From contig KV454011.1 of assembly GCA_001661245.1 (NCBI GenBank), positions 1,776,041-1,840,040 on the forward strand: a DNA stretch of 64,000 nucleotides. Reading direction: 5' to 3'. Positions 22,100 to 33,507 of the stretch are shown here, in pieces (the stretch's first letter is position 1; each line of letters begins with the position of its first letter). The notes under the pieces are model-generated. The model saw nothing but the letters and a program-made list of their open reading frames with translations, searched no databases and was not told where the DNA came from. The position numbers and the translations under genes were made by a program. Origin of the DNA: Pachysolen tannophilus NRRL Y-2460. Its lineage: Eukaryota.

Positions 22100-22768
22100 T
22101 CATAAGACTTCTTTTAGTATGTCACCAATTGTATGGAAACTTTTGTTAAAGTACAATAATCCTCCTGTTTTCTTTTGCAGTTCATCATTTATCAAGATAT
22201 CCTCAACTTTACCTATCCAAATTTCATGATTTTCCACTTTAAACACTTCTTTCTTTTTACAAATAAGTATTCTTTCAGCTATATTCAAAAGTGGGAGACT
22301 AATATTTTTAACTTTGCAATTGTAGAATTTATAATCTCTTATACTGTCTAAATCAGCAAATGGTTTTGTATGGATGATATTGCCCATTTGATCCCTTTTA
22401 GGTCTAGTACCACCTGCAAATACTCTTGCTAACCAAGCAGATCTTTCTAAAGGTGGTAATACATGAATAGCAAAATAATTTAATCTGTGCAAATACTCTG
22501 ATGTTATAGAGGGAACTTGGAGATTAAACTGCACCAACGGCTTGGGATAAACACACAAAGAACAAACTGATGACATGGTCATTCCATGTAAATCAAGCAG
22601 AGATCCTTCTCCTTCAAAAGGTGCTGTTACGATCATTGCCTGAGATCCAAAAGTAGACATGGTCTCTTTAAAAACATCATGATGAGCCTGTTGTACTATA
22701 CTTCTGCTATGAATAAATCTCTTCAACATAGAACCAGTAAACAACTTCGTGGTAGCTATTTTGACCAT
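22100..22768 (-). CDS. Flavin reductase-like FMN-binding protein, probably mitochondrial
   Basis: FKETMSTFGSQAMIVT, HGMTMSSVCSL, FAIHVL, NHEIWIGKV, GGLLYFNKSF; basic N-terminal presequence. Confidence 0.85.
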   Translation of the reverse strand: MVKIATTKLFTGSMLKRFIHSRSIVQQAHHDVFKETMSTFGSQAMIVTAPFEGEGSLLDLHGMTMSSVCSLCVYPKPLVQFNLQVPSITSEYLHRLNYFAIHVLPPLERSAWLARVFAGGTRPKRDQMGNIIHTKPFADLDSIRDYKFYNCKVKNISLPLLNIAERILICKKKEVFKVENHEIWIGKVEDILINDELQKKTGGLLYFNKSFHTIGDILKEVL

Positions 22769-22938
22769 CTTTCTATAAGCTTATCCTTTGTGATAAATTT
22801 ACCATTATTTTGCAAAAATCAAATATCTCTCTTTTGTCTTTTCGTTTTATATGCAAATACAAAATGTTGAAAAAAAAATATGAAAAAATTAATTGGTGAA
22901 ATATTTAATTTTATTGTTAAACTTTCTTTGTTGAAGTG

Positions 22939-23889
22939 ATGCCCAAATATTTGAAACCATTCAAGATAAAAGCTTTGTCAAATGATGCCTCAGTGAAGTC
23001 TAGTTATATTCCTAAGAATTCCAAGCCATTAATTGTTGATAATTCAGTTATCAAATCACCAGTATTGGAAAATTTTCATAAATACTCTGGTAAGCTACGA
23101 AAATTATCAAACACATTCAGGATATCAGAATCAAATGTAGCTGATTTAAATAAAAATATTTTTGCAAATATGTTGGCTTCTCCCTTGAGACAAGATAGAG
23201 TTTCGAGGTTGAGAGTGCCTAAAGATTTTCTATTGCCTATGGTATTTGTTGAAGATCAAATCAAGAGTGATGAGGAGAAAGAATATATCTATAGACCAAC
23301 TGTGAATATACTTGGCAAAGACAATTCAAATTCGATAACCAAATATAACAAGTCTTATACAAGCAATAATTCCAAATGCTTGCATTTCTCTTACAATTTC
23401 CATAAGAATAGTAATATGAGTAATAATAATAAATCGAAGCTGTTTATAGTAAATTTATTACCTTCGGAACTGGTTCAAAAAAAATTGATTAACTTCAAAA
23501 AAGTTAAAGGGCCAGATAATGCGAGTTTTACAGGCTTGAAAGAGTATCATTCCCAGTTACTCAAGTTGTTGGAAGTCAGTGATTTAAGTGGATTTAGAAA
23601 AATTAAGGAACCTGTTGAAATCGATCAAGATGGAATCTTCTTATCGTTCAATAAGAATACACAAGACATAATTTCTTTAATTGACGCAGGCTCTAATTCT
23701 GATAAAAAATTAGGCGTTGTGAATATTTATTTCATATTGAAGAATAATGAAAAGTTATTAAACGAATTTTATCGAAAATTTGGTCTCAACGATAATGCTA
23801 ATGATGAGTTTATGATATTTATAAAATATAATGATTCTACACTGGATTTTTTAAAAGGTTTGTATAAATATGCATTGTTTATAGAATAA
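22939..23889 (+). CDS. RRG8: Required for respiratory growth protein 8-like
   Basis: SPVLENFHKYSGK..NIFANMLASPLRQDRVSRLRVPKDFLLP resembles the Rrg8 conserved core. Confidence 0.65.
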   Translation: MPKYLKPFKIKALSNDASVKSSYIPKNSKPLIVDNSVIKSPVLENFHKYSGKLRKLSNTFRISESNVADLNKNIFANMLASPLRQDRVSRLRVPKDFLLPMVFVEDQIKSDEEKEYIYRPTVNILGKDNSNSITKYNKSYTSNNSKCLHFSYNFHKNSNMSNNNKSKLFIVNLLPSELVQKKLINFKKVKGPDNASFTGLKEYHSQLLKLLEVSDLSGFRKIKEPVEIDQDGIFLSFNKNTQDIISLIDAGSNSDKKLGVVNIYFILKNNEKLLNEFYRKFGLNDNANDEFMIFIKYNDSTLDFLKGLYKYALFIE

Positions 23890-23972
23890 TCTTATTGCAG
23901 ATGCAAGACATCGCTTACTGTATTATTATACTAATTATTATTTTGTTCTTAAAAAAACTTACCTTAGATCTC

Positions 23973-26900
23973 CTACCTTAAATAATATGGCAACCCATAA
24001 ACGATAGGAGCAGATCCATTCAAATATTTTAAATGACAAACATCCCTAGATGAAGAAACTGCTTGACATATGTTCTCGCTTTTCACATTATTTTCAAATA
24101 ATCCCCATTTCTCAAAAACTGATAAACTAAATTTATCAATGTCTTTATCCGTAACATCCCATAAATTCACCAACACCATAGGAGACCCACCGATAAGATA
24201 ATTAAAAACAGTACCATAAGGTTCTAGCATGCCATTATCCTTTAGCAAACCAGACGAACAACCCAATAATAAACTTGGTGGACAGTTTGATAATTCTTTT
24301 AATGACTTTGATCTGATGTACTGGTCTCCACTACCATGACCTAAATAAACAAACAAATCAGAATCTCGCAAGCCTTTTTGAAACTCTATCTCTTCCGGTC
24401 TTCTTCCTATAATGCCTTTCCAATTTACCAACGCGGCAAACTTAGATTTGAAATTTTGCTCTGTTCTTATTAAATCACCACTAGGATTCAAAATATAATA
24501 TCCATTAGTTTTTTCCAAGAGTAATTTCTTACTTGTATCACCTAGCAACTGTGACTCCAAATGATTCAATAGCATTTGCAAAGAAGGTGTTCTTGATATT
24601 GAGCAATCTCTCAATGATGGTAATGACTCCCATGGGAATTGTTGGCAACTTTTCGATACAACTAAGACTGTGTGTGTGAAACTGTCAAAGTTATCAAAGA
24701 AATTATCAGTATGATAATTATCTAGTAACTCTTCAATTTCAACGTACATTTGATCAATATCAATTTCGTCAAACGCATTTTCTTCTCCGTGAAACAACAA
24801 AATATCTAATACAAAGTATATCAAATCCTCTAGTAATTCAGTGCTAGACAAATTTGAAGGATGTCCCAAGCTTGCAAATAACTCCAAGACTTTATCATCC
24901 ACTTCAACGATATTGGAAGTCTTATTTCTTAGTCTCAGCTTCTTTCTAGAAGGCAAGTATCTATTCAATATATTAGTAAATTTGTCTTTAAACTCCCCCA
25001 TTAGGGTCCTATTAACTCTTTTTTGATTAAATATTCCTTTAAACCCACCTAACCAACAATATTCTGCGTCGGACATTAACTTTCCTAACTTTGAATCCAA
25101 TTCTTTTCTCTCGTTCCACCATGTTTCTTTGTCAGCACTGGTAACAATAGTAGAAGTTCTATCAATCTTTGTTGTGGCGTCACTGTCGTTTATAATGATC
25201 TTCAATTCTTTCAATGCATCATCAAATGTAAATGATTTTTCGCAGAGATCTCTTGCTGAGTGTCTATTTAGTGGAAGTCTGATTATAAATGGAGTTGTTG
25301 AATTTCTCTCCAATCTTGTTAGCAATAAATCGCCGTTATAAGGGCAAACATCAATTGTTATAACTAACCAATTCAGCGGAAGATATGATCGTATTTTTTT
25401 GAAAAAAGAAGTAGAGTTTTCAGCAGCCAGTATACTATTCTGTTTTTGTATATTATCATCTGGAAGCAACTTCTTTGAGTCTTCAGTTAGATCAACTAAT
25501 TTTTTCTGAAACATAAATGGTAAAAATCGTGGAACTTCATCTTTGAAGTATATATCCTGTAACAAATCAACTCTTATTTGTGAGGTAGATATTGCTGACA
25601 AAGTTGACAACGAAGCCATTAATGTTTTGTTTAAGTCATACAATTCGTAAATTTTAAAACATTGCAAAGCTTTTTCAAACGAGTTAACAACCAAGTCTCT
25701 TGATTGGGTCAAATTTTTCAATGCCTTCTTAACGTTGATATTATTTGAATATACAGCTGTTAGTCTTTTTGATACTTCAGGGGAATGAATCAGATTATCA
25801 ATCAACTGCATCATAGTTGACGGTAACAATATCGCGGAGTCATCTAAGCCAGATAATACAGGGTCAGTCGATAATGACTTCTTGGCAATAGCCAAATTTT
25901 TCTTAGAACCAATTACATTGTTTATCAACAAATCATATTGAAAGTGAAGTTTATGATCACTATTCGTGAGCTTCGCATTAAGTATCCTTCCAGTATCATC
26001 GCTCATATTCAACTTCAATAATTTTCTATGCTCAATTTGTAATTTCATTCTTGCAAATAACTGCAATTCGTCACTATGCATATTCCATATCGAAGAAACT
26101 GAATCATTTAACGAAAAAGTTTTGATATCCCGTGAGTTAACATCATTTTTGTAATTATAGGATTTAAATAGCTTTTCGAACAAAGTATCAACCATATCAT
26201 AATATATCTTTTCGTTCTTGTCATCCTCTATAGTTTGCATATAAAAAGCATGAGATGCCGTTCCTTTCAACTCTAAATATTTATCAGAGAAAATTAATTC
26301 GTTGTAGATTTCATCTCCTTTTACCATTAGTTGATTCGCCTTTAGTTTTTCACCACAAAGCAAGTAGAACTCAGCCGTAAAATAATAGACGTCACACTGA
26401 ACTAAAGGTATTCTATCGTTAAATTCCATGAATTTCGCAAGTTCCTCCAAATAGTATACGGCTTCTTTGGTCAAACCGCAATGAACCATAACTTCGACAA
26501 TGCATTTGTAGAAACTAATCGTCATGTGAGTTAGTTCCCATTTTATATTATTATATTGTACAATGTCAATATTAGTAACTCCTGTCATAAATTTTTTCAA
26601 AATCGATTGCGATATTCTGATAGCTCTTTTAACATTTAGTATCGATTCTGAAAAATTGTTTAATTCAAAATTCAAAAGACCAGATAAATAGGAGAATTTG
26701 GAAAATACTGTTAGTATTTTAATTACCTTAAATTTAGTTAGTTCACTCGTTAATTTGAAATCTTCAGATATCTGCAATGCTCTTAGGATTGTGGAATATT
26801 TTTCTCTAGCATTTGATAAGTTACCAATTAATAGACAATATTCAAATTGTAATAGTTTCCATTTAATAGTTTCAAAAATTGCTGATTTATGATCTTTCAA

Positions 26901-29600
26901 TATCGAGCCTATTGAGGTTAGTTCATTTGATAAGCGTTTAGAAAATTTTATGAAACTGAATGATTCGCAAAGTTTAAATTCCAAAAATAACGATTGCTCA
27001 TGGTTTATAAGTAAAGTCCTGGACTGCTTGTAGGTTTTCACTATGAATATCAAATATGAATTTAACTTCTGATACTGTAAGTAGCTTATCAAATATTGTA
27101 AAAATTCAAATTCAAATTCAATGAGTCTTTCGTTATTACTTATTGTTGAAGTTGGTTTTTTATTCAACCATTTAACAAAAAGTTCCAAACAACTCATAAG
27201 GATAGCTTGATTAAACTTTCTATTAATGGAATACTGTAAATAATTATAACAAACAATCAACTCTTTGCAATAATAAATACAACTGTCCACCGGAAATTTT
27301 TTCTCTTGGAACTCTTCATAATTGATATGAATAAATGATTCAAGCCCGGAAATATTATAATAACTTATCAAACAATATTGATATAGGCCTCTATCTATTA
27401 CTGTTTGCTTCAATTGTTCCATCAAACTATTAACTAGCGATGTCTTCTCTTCTGCAGAATATATTGAAAGCGCCTTAAAAATATTTGTGACAATAAATGC
27501 TTTTAAAAATTCATCTTCTTCGAACATGCTCAAATCAATTTTCTTTGATAACACCACTGATTTTATTAAAAGCTTAATGGTGACTGATAAATCTTTATTG
27601 AATCTGTTTTGTAATGTGAAAAAACCGTCACTTTTATTAATCTCAGGGTTACTTAAGTTCATGTAACATTTAAAAACTTTGGAAAGAAATAACATAGATT
27701 CAGAATAATTTCGATTTTCAATTAACAAGTTTGTAATTCTATCTATCTTAGTTTGGAAAAATTCAAAATTTTTCATTTTATTTTCAATTTTGTCATTAAT
27801 CACAATGCAGTATTCATAATTGATAGAGTTCATCCAATGATTCAATGATTCCCTAAAATTTTTTGTTAATAATTTACCTCCTGAATTAAATAATAGGTTT
27901 GAAAGGTTTCGTATTTTATTAAACTGCAAGTATTGTTGAGGACGGCTTTCCGATTTGAATATTTGGAACAATAAATCCAATGAAGAGTCTATTAATTTAA
28001 AATCTTGTACTGGATCCATTGCTTTGATTAGAAGAACAATGGAATCAAATAACAGAAAATGATTTTTGGATAAAAGGACTTCTGATTGTTTGGTTACCTT
28101 GACAAAATATTCTAATATCGAAGTTATCAAAGCCTTTGAATCCTGTAATTCATTATTTATCATTAATTCTATGATACTTGAGAGTTTCCTTAAAAAAAAA
28201 TCTTCATTCCAATATGATAATAAGTCCTCTGTTGGTTCATTTAAAATATGAATAATTTTATCACAAATAAAAGAGTCGTCCTTTACCGATATATCATCCA
28301 TCAACAAAATAATATCATCATCAAAATCATTATTATTATTTTGATTAGAATTCTGATTTATCAACCCACTATCTTTAATAATTAGGTTCCAATCTAATTT
28401 ATCTGTATCAAAGTCCGACTGATATTTTAATTTTATTCTTAAATATCTTTCTATCAATTTTAAGCAATAATTATCACCAGTGTGAATTAATAAATGTTTC
28501 TTTCCATTTATCAACTCATACACAAATGCAGAAGTATATTGATAAACCATTTTATCATCTTTGGTAATCATTATATTTAAATTATAATATAATTCGCGTA
28601 GTATTGAGTTATTCTTATCATGCTGTTGCTTTTGAAAATCTTGTTCAGATTGAAACTCGATAGCTTTTGACAAAAACGCCAATTTTAAAACTGTTTGAGT
28701 GTTCACTGAAAACGAATAAAGTATTTTGGATAAAGTAACCATTTTATTTAACTTTTGAGAATCTGTTAAATGAGAAAACCAACTAGAAAAATTGGAACTA
28801 GCTTTAACTGAGAATAAAATATCCTGGGAAGAAACAAATTTTTGTTGCTGTTTAGCATTTGTTTGTTGCAATGATTGATTTTCATGATTGTATAAAGCTT
28901 GAAGTAAAAGTATATGATTCGAAGTAATTATATTGCAGCACTCCTGAGGTAGATAAGGATTATAAGTTAAACCAGTCAACATTTCTTTAATCCCAGGGGT
29001 TATGTTCTCAGTGCTATACTTTTCAATTGTTTGAAAATGATCATCAAATTTAAAAGACACCAACTTTTTCAAGATTCGATATACATTCAGTATTTCATTT
29101 ATGCAAAGTTCATATTTTGATAAATCCATTAATTGAATAATGAAAGTTTGAGTTTTTTTACAAAAATTCAAAAAATGATCATCTATCAGATCAATATTAT
29201 TAGAAATAGTGTTGAAATTCAAATCAAACAATACTTTTAATGCAGTAACTGCTAATGATATTAAAGTATCCAATTTTTTCTTTTCATTTTCATCATTCTT
29301 CAAATTTTCGAGGTATGTTTGAATAAACCGAATCGAATACTCTATAACTTTAATACATTGATCTCGTATCACTTCCTCTTTAATGTTATCATTTATAATC
29401 TGATTATTATTTAACTCTCTTTGTTGTAAAACTTTTCTCTTGTTAATGAAAGTACGCCTTGTTGAATGACCATTTTTAACTGAAAAGGAGGACACAGAAC
29501 CGATCTGCGATAATGATGTCAAATAACTCTTAAAAAGCCTCTTCAGCTGTGGAATATTTATAACTAAATCATCATCTTCATCACTATATGATATTGGCAT
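23973..29600 (-). CDS. ESP1: Separase (peptidase C50)
   Basis: 1875 aa; WWNERKELDSKL, FPWESLP, YILNPSGDL, catalytic YLGHGSG and LLGCSS, NLWDVTDKDID, YLNGSAPIVYGLP. Confidence 0.97.
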   Translation of the reverse strand: MPISYSDEDDDLVINIPQLKRLFKSYLTSLSQIGSVSSFSVKNGHSTRRTFINKRKVLQQRELNNNQIINDNIKEEVIRDQCIKVIEYSIRFIQTYLENLKNDENEKKKLDTLISLAVTALKVLFDLNFNTISNNIDLIDDHFLNFCKKTQTFIIQLMDLSKYELCINEILNVYRILKKLVSFKFDDHFQTIEKYSTENITPGIKEMLTGLTYNPYLPQECCNIITSNHILLLQALYNHENQSLQQTNAKQQQKFVSSQDILFSVKASSNFSSWFSHLTDSQKLNKMVTLSKILYSFSVNTQTVLKLAFLSKAIEFQSEQDFQKQQHDKNNSILRELYYNLNIMITKDDKMVYQYTSAFVYELINGKKHLLIHTGDNYCLKLIERYLRIKLKYQSDFDTDKLDWNLIIKDSGLINQNSNQNNNNDFDDDIILLMDDISVKDDSFICDKIIHILNEPTEDLLSYWNEDFFLRKLSSIIELMINNELQDSKALITSILEYFVKVTKQSEVLLSKNHFLLFDSIVLLIKAMDPVQDFKLIDSSLDLLFQIFKSESRPQQYLQFNKIRNLSNLLFNSGGKLLTKNFRESLNHWMNSINYEYCIVINDKIENKMKNFEFFQTKIDRITNLLIENRNYSESMLFLSKVFKCYMNLSNPEINKSDGFFTLQNRFNKDLSVTIKLLIKSVVLSKKIDLSMFEEDEFLKAFIVTNIFKALSIYSAEEKTSLVNSLMEQLKQTVIDRGLYQYCLISYYNISGLESFIHINYEEFQEKKFPVDSCIYYCKELIVCYNYLQYSINRKFNQAILMSCLELFVKWLNKKPTSTISNNERLIEFEFEFLQYLISYLQYQKLNSYLIFIVKTYKQSRTLLINHEQSLFLEFKLCESFSFIKFSKRLSNELTSIGSILKDHKSAIFETIKWKLLQFEYCLLIGNLSNAREKYSTILRALQISEDFKLTSELTKFKVIKILTVFSKFSYLSGLLNFELNNFSESILNVKRAIRISQSILKKFMTGVTNIDIVQYNNIKWELTHMTISFYKCIVEVMVHCGLTKEAVYYLEELAKFMEFNDRIPLVQCDVYYFTAEFYLLCGEKLKANQLMVKGDEIYNELIFSDKYLELKGTASHAFYMQTIEDDKNEKIYYDMVDTLFEKLFKSYNYKNDVNSRDIKTFSLNDSVSSIWNMHSDELQLFARMKLQIEHRKLLKLNMSDDTGRILNAKLTNSDHKLHFQYDLLINNVIGSKKNLAIAKKSLSTDPVLSGLDDSAILLPSTMMQLIDNLIHSPEVSKRLTAVYSNNINVKKALKNLTQSRDLVVNSFEKALQCFKIYELYDLNKTLMASLSTLSAISTSQIRVDLLQDIYFKDEVPRFLPFMFQKKLVDLTEDSKKLLPDDNIQKQNSILAAENSTSFFKKIRSYLPLNWLVITIDVCPYNGDLLLTRLERNSTTPFIIRLPLNRHSARDLCEKSFTFDDALKELKIIINDSDATTKIDRTSTIVTSADKETWWNERKELDSKLGKLMSDAEYCWLGGFKGIFNQKRVNRTLMGEFKDKFTNILNRYLPSRKKLRLRNKTSNIVEVDDKVLELFASLGHPSNLSSTELLEDLIYFVLDILLFHGEENAFDEIDIDQMYVEIEELLDNYHTDNFFDNFDSFTHTVLVVSKSCQQFPWESLPSLRDCSISRTPSLQMLLNHLESQLLGDTSKKLLLEKTNGYYILNPSGDLIRTEQNFKSKFAALVNWKGIIGRRPEEIEFQKGLRDSDLFVYLGHGSGDQYIRSKSLKELSNCPPSLLLGCSSGLLKDNGMLEPYGTVFNYLIGGSPMVLVNLWDVTDKDIDKFSLSVFEKWGLFENNVKSENICQAVSSSRDVCHLKYLNGSAPIVYGLPYYLR

Positions 29601-30343
29601 TTTTCTTGTTTTTTTGTGAATTGTTGCATTAAAAACAAAATTAAATATAAAATGATAACTGCAAAAAAAACCGGGAAAGTTAAGACTAGGTTTTTTAAAC
29701 TTCTATTTACAGAATAATGAATGAAAAGCAGTCTAGCAAATGTCTCAATGACTAAAAGTATAACTATCCAATTTTAATGTTTAGCGCCGTTGGGAAACTT
29801 CAATGATCAAATCAAATCAATAAAACTCAAAAAAAATAACAAATGCAAAAATTAACTCAACCTAAACCTCAACTCAAAATCAAAAGTAAATTCTTCAGAT
29901 ATATGTAATGGCAATGTCTCCACTCTAACCGCTCTAGCCTCTCTAATGTCCAACTCGCCCTCTTTACACTAAATGTTTCTAATACGAAAAATAATATAAA
30001 TAAATTATCAATTCCAGTCTTTTCTTTGTCTTTTCTCTCCTCTGTTTACCTTTCTTCTTTTTTGTGTTTACCAAAACAACAAACTAGGGCGGTCTTCGAG
30101 TGACCCAAAACGTCAACAATTTTAACAGCCCTGGAACTTGGAAGAGGCTTCCATACCTGTGTGTGTTTTAACCGATGATATATATATATATTTATATAAT
30201 TAATTGTTTTAATTCATTTCTAATTAGATCAATTAATTATAGAGTCATTTAGCTGGTGGATTCAGGTAGTTTTGGAGGTCTTGGAATTGATTAAGACTTG
30301 ATTTAAATTTTTTTTTTTTTATTTTTTCTGATTGGTTTATAAG

Positions 30344-30997
30344 ATGTCATCAAGTGAAATTGAAGAGGTTAAAACTCCAAAGGCATTTCCATTACCAAGT
30401 CCATTTTGGAATGTATCATCGGGGCCAAATAAGGCATACCAGCCAGTTGATCCATTTTCCAATGCTTCCAAGCTTTTTATTGGAACAGGTGTTTTCGTTG
30501 TTGGTATGCATTTTAGAAGACTTTTACAACGTAAAAAGGGATCTGCTAGACCTGGTTTAGCGAGATATTTAGAAATGTTTGAAATGACAAAACTGCACCT
30601 TATTGGTATTCCTCTTGGTGTCTCCAGTTATTCTTTTTTACATGATTGTTTACAGAATGTTTATGAAAAGGAAACAGCTTTTAATGAATTTTTGTCTTCA
30701 GGGATTGCTTCGTTTATTGGTGTTTCTATTATTAAAAATAATAGAAAAATTGGTACTAATGTGGGTACTGCACTTGGTATTGGGCTCATGTTTGCTACTA
30801 TGAGATGGGCAGGTGGGTTTGCTGGTCTTGATAAAAACTCGCATCGTCAAGTGGATAGCGCAGGACTTTTACTTAAACAAGAAGATTCTAGAGATATCAA
30901 GACAGAGAGACAAGGTTTTTGGGATTTAACGTATAGAAGACCATTGTCTCAAACTATTGAAGATTTAGGTGAAGGCCGTGGTATTTTAAGGCCATAA
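30344..30997 (+). CDS. Complex I accessory subunit NDUFA11/21.3-kDa (Tim17-like fold)
   Basis: AYQPVDPF, several TM helices, C-terminal RRPLSQTIEDLGEGRGI. Confidence 0.75.
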   Translation: MSSSEIEEVKTPKAFPLPSPFWNVSSGPNKAYQPVDPFSNASKLFIGTGVFVVGMHFRRLLQRKKGSARPGLARYLEMFEMTKLHLIGIPLGVSSYSFLHDCLQNVYEKETAFNEFLSSGIASFIGVSIIKNNRKIGTNVGTALGIGLMFATMRWAGGFAGLDKNSHRQVDSAGLLLKQEDSRDIKTERQGFWDLTYRRPLSQTIEDLGEGRGILRP

Positions 30998-31059
30998 GTA
31001 ATCTTACTAGTTCCAGTAATTTATTTATTTATTTATTTTATCTATCTATTTATTTATTT

Positions 31060-31090
<31 letters not shown>

Positions 31091-31217
31091 TTAATTCATA
31101 TTTATTAAAAGTTTTTACATGTAGTCAGTAATTTCTATTACTAACGTAGTACTCGTTTTTTTGATATTTTCACATAGTTTGACTTTTAAAAAGAATTCAG
31201 TTAAATCTCAATATAAA

Positions 31218-31250
<33 letters not shown>

Positions 31251-31335
31251 TAATCAAATCAAAAATTCAATAGAAAATTCTATTTCATATATAGATGTTT
31301 AAAAAAAAAGTATATATTCTATTATTCAATGGAAC

Positions 31336-33507
31336 TTACAAAACTTTTCCAACTGTGCTTCCCATAGAATGATGTTTCTCAGTATCAGAAACTTTCTTTA
31401 AGCTCCTACCACCTTGAATTTCTCCTAAAAGTGCAGAAATTGGTAAGCCAGCAGAAGGAGATGGTGCCGATGGTGCAGCTTCCGATCCGTTGCCATTAGA
31501 CATTGAAAAGGATGGCAGAGGAGGTGCTGGAGGGGCTGGTGGTGCTGCTGGTGCTGCTGGTGCCGACATTGATGGCAACGCCGGTGCTGGAGGTGCGACA
31601 GGAGGTAACGGTGGCAGTGGTGGTGCCGGTGGTGCAGCATTTGTTGGTAGTGGTGGTGCCAACGGTGGCGCCTGTGGTGGCGGAGGTGCTGAGTCACTTG
31701 GTAGAGGAGGAGCAGGAGGAGCGGGAGGAGCAGAATTAGTAGGTAATGGCGGCAGAGGTGGTACCACATTTGACGGAATTGGAACCTCAGCCGGTACCGA
31801 TTCGTTTGGAGTCGGAACGGAATTCAAGGTTGTGGTAGCACTAGTTTCTGAAGTAGGCAATTCTGGAACTGGTGGTACCACTGGTTCTTGTAATTCGGGA
31901 GCGTCTGGCGTCGAAAGTGATTCATTCACCAAAGGAGAGTTAGCATCTTGAACAGAAACGTACGAACTTGTTGTTGCTGTTGAATCATTATCCGAACCTT
32001 CTTTTTGTGGTTGTTGTGGTACTTGAGGCAGCTGTTGTGGTGGATTGACCGCTTGGTCTTTAGCTAGAGAATTTCCAGAATCAGTTCTGCTAACAGTAGG
32101 TACCGATGCAGAACTACCACCAAAAAGTAAGCTTGCCAAATGTGCAGGACCTCTTAAAGGAATAGCATCATCTTCATCCTCATCAGAAGTCGGTTCATCA
32201 CCCCAGTCATCATCATCATTGCCTGCTCCTCCTCGTTGTGCTTTTCTTTGAGCTTCAATAGCCTTTTTATCGAATACTTGTTGAGGTTGCTTCTGAGAAG
32301 CTGAATCAGTTGCAGGTGCCTGTGGTTTGAAAAATGGATTGTTGGCAGAAGGCAGCGCAGGAGCAGGAGTGATAGCTGCAGAAGGTGATTCCAGTTTCTG
32401 CAGTTGTTGAAAACCAGTGAAAGGATTATGAGAATGTGGTTGATATTCTGAAGAAGAGACCGACGACAGACCATTTACCGTTGCTGGCAGGGATTTTTCA
32501 GTCTCCACCTGCTTATTTGTGGAGAGCTCCGCATTCTGCTCTTTGCCTTCATTTTCAGTTGCATTTTCTCTTTCTTCCTTTTCTTTCAAAGCTTTCATTT
32601 CGGCTTTTAGTCTCTCAATTTCGGCTTTCCGTTCAGCCCTCTTCTTTTTCTTTTCTTCCTCTTCTTTCTCTAATCTGGCTTTTTCCCTTAACAATTCCGC
32701 AAGTTCTTCTGCTTCATCATCTGAATCATCTTTCTGTTCGCTTAAAGGTGCAGCAGATGGGGCAGGTTTAGGGATTTCCGAAATGGCAGGTGAAGATGTG
32801 GGTCTATTATTGTCCTCAATCTTTGACGAACTCTCGCTTACATTTTCTTTCCTTTGCAAAGTTTCAACTGGCGTTCTTAAATTATTATTGGAAACAGCTG
32901 CTTGTGAGTTGGTATCAGTCTTAGCAGGAACGGCAGATAGCTCTGGAGATTTACTCTCGACCGGTGGAGAATTAACACTACTTGCAGAAGTAGTGCCACG
33001 TCTGGAGATACCAAGCTTAGCGAGCCTAGCATTCATTCTTTCTTGTGCTTGTCTCTTGATATAAGCAGCTCTGTCCTCGGGTGATTGGTAACTAGAATAA
33101 GTTGACCCACCAGTTGACTGAGGAGAAGCAAAAGATGAACGGTCCAGTGATGAATTGAAATTATTAGTAGCAACATTTGCAGTTGATGAATTCAGTGCTG
33201 ACAATGTTTTGGGTTTCAAACTATTTAACAAATCAATAAAATTCTTAACTTCATAAGTGGAAATTCCTTCTCCCTTTTCAAATTTATTGTAATCAACTTG
33301 TTCTGTATTCGAAGTTTCTAAATGTGATCTGACGTTTGACGCTAATTCATTAACTGAAGTTTCAATATCTTTAATGATGGCCTTCTCAGACATAATCTTC
33401 TTATCGATATTCTCAATTTCAAACAGTAACTTAGACTCACCGTCTTCAAACTCATCCATTGAGGGAGCCTGCTGTCCAGTCAATGCTGCCATTTTCTGTC
33501 TTAGTAA
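31336..33507 (-). CDS. PAN1: PAN1 3' segment (coiled coil, acidic, Pro-rich, WH2)
   Basis: LRQKMAALTG, EDRAAYIKRQAQERMNARLAKLGI, NPF motifs, poly-Pro, ALLGEIQGGRSLKKV. Confidence 0.9.
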   Translation of the reverse strand, partial: LLRQKMAALTGQQAPSMDEFEDGESKLLFEIENIDKKIMSEKAIIKDIETSVNELASNVRSHLETSNTEQVDYNKFEKGEGISTYEVKNFIDLLNSLKPKTLSALNSSTANVATNNFNSSLDRSSFASPQSTGGSTYSSYQSPEDRAAYIKRQAQERMNARLAKLGISRRGTTSASSVNSPPVESKSPELSAVPAKTDTNSQAAVSNNNLRTPVETLQRKENVSESSSKIEDNNRPTSSPAISEIPKPAPSAAPLSEQKDDSDDEAEELAELLREKARLEKEEEEKKKKRAERKAEIERLKAEMKALKEKEERENATENEGKEQNAELSTNKQVETEKSLPATVNGLSSVSSSEYQPHSHNPFTGFQQLQKLESPSAAITPAPALPSANNPFFKPQAPATDSASQKQPQQVFDKKAIEAQRKAQRGGAGNDDDDWGDEPTSDEDEDDAIPLRGPAHLASLLFGGSSASVPTVSRTDSGNSLAKDQAVNPPQQLPQVPQQPQKEGSDNDSTATTSSYVSVQDANSPLVNESLSTPDAPELQEPVVPPVPELPTSETSATTTLNSVPTPNESVPAEVPIPSNVVPPLPPLPTNSAPPAPPAPPLPSDSAPPPPQAPPLAPPLPTNAAPPAPPLPPLPPVAPPAPALPSMSAPAAPAAPPAPPAPPLPSFSMSNGNGSEAAPSAPSPSAGLPISALLGEIQGGRSLKKVSDTEKHHSMGSTVGKVL

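Noticed and set aside
31139..31145. TACTAAC on + downstream of the complex I subunit gene
   Set aside because: No convincing donor site and no downstream exon; it lies in a convergent terminator region.
31490..31951. Gly-rich + ORF resembling PE-PGRS or glycine-rich proteins
   Set aside because: It is the antisense shadow of the Pro/Ala-rich Pan1 C-terminus.
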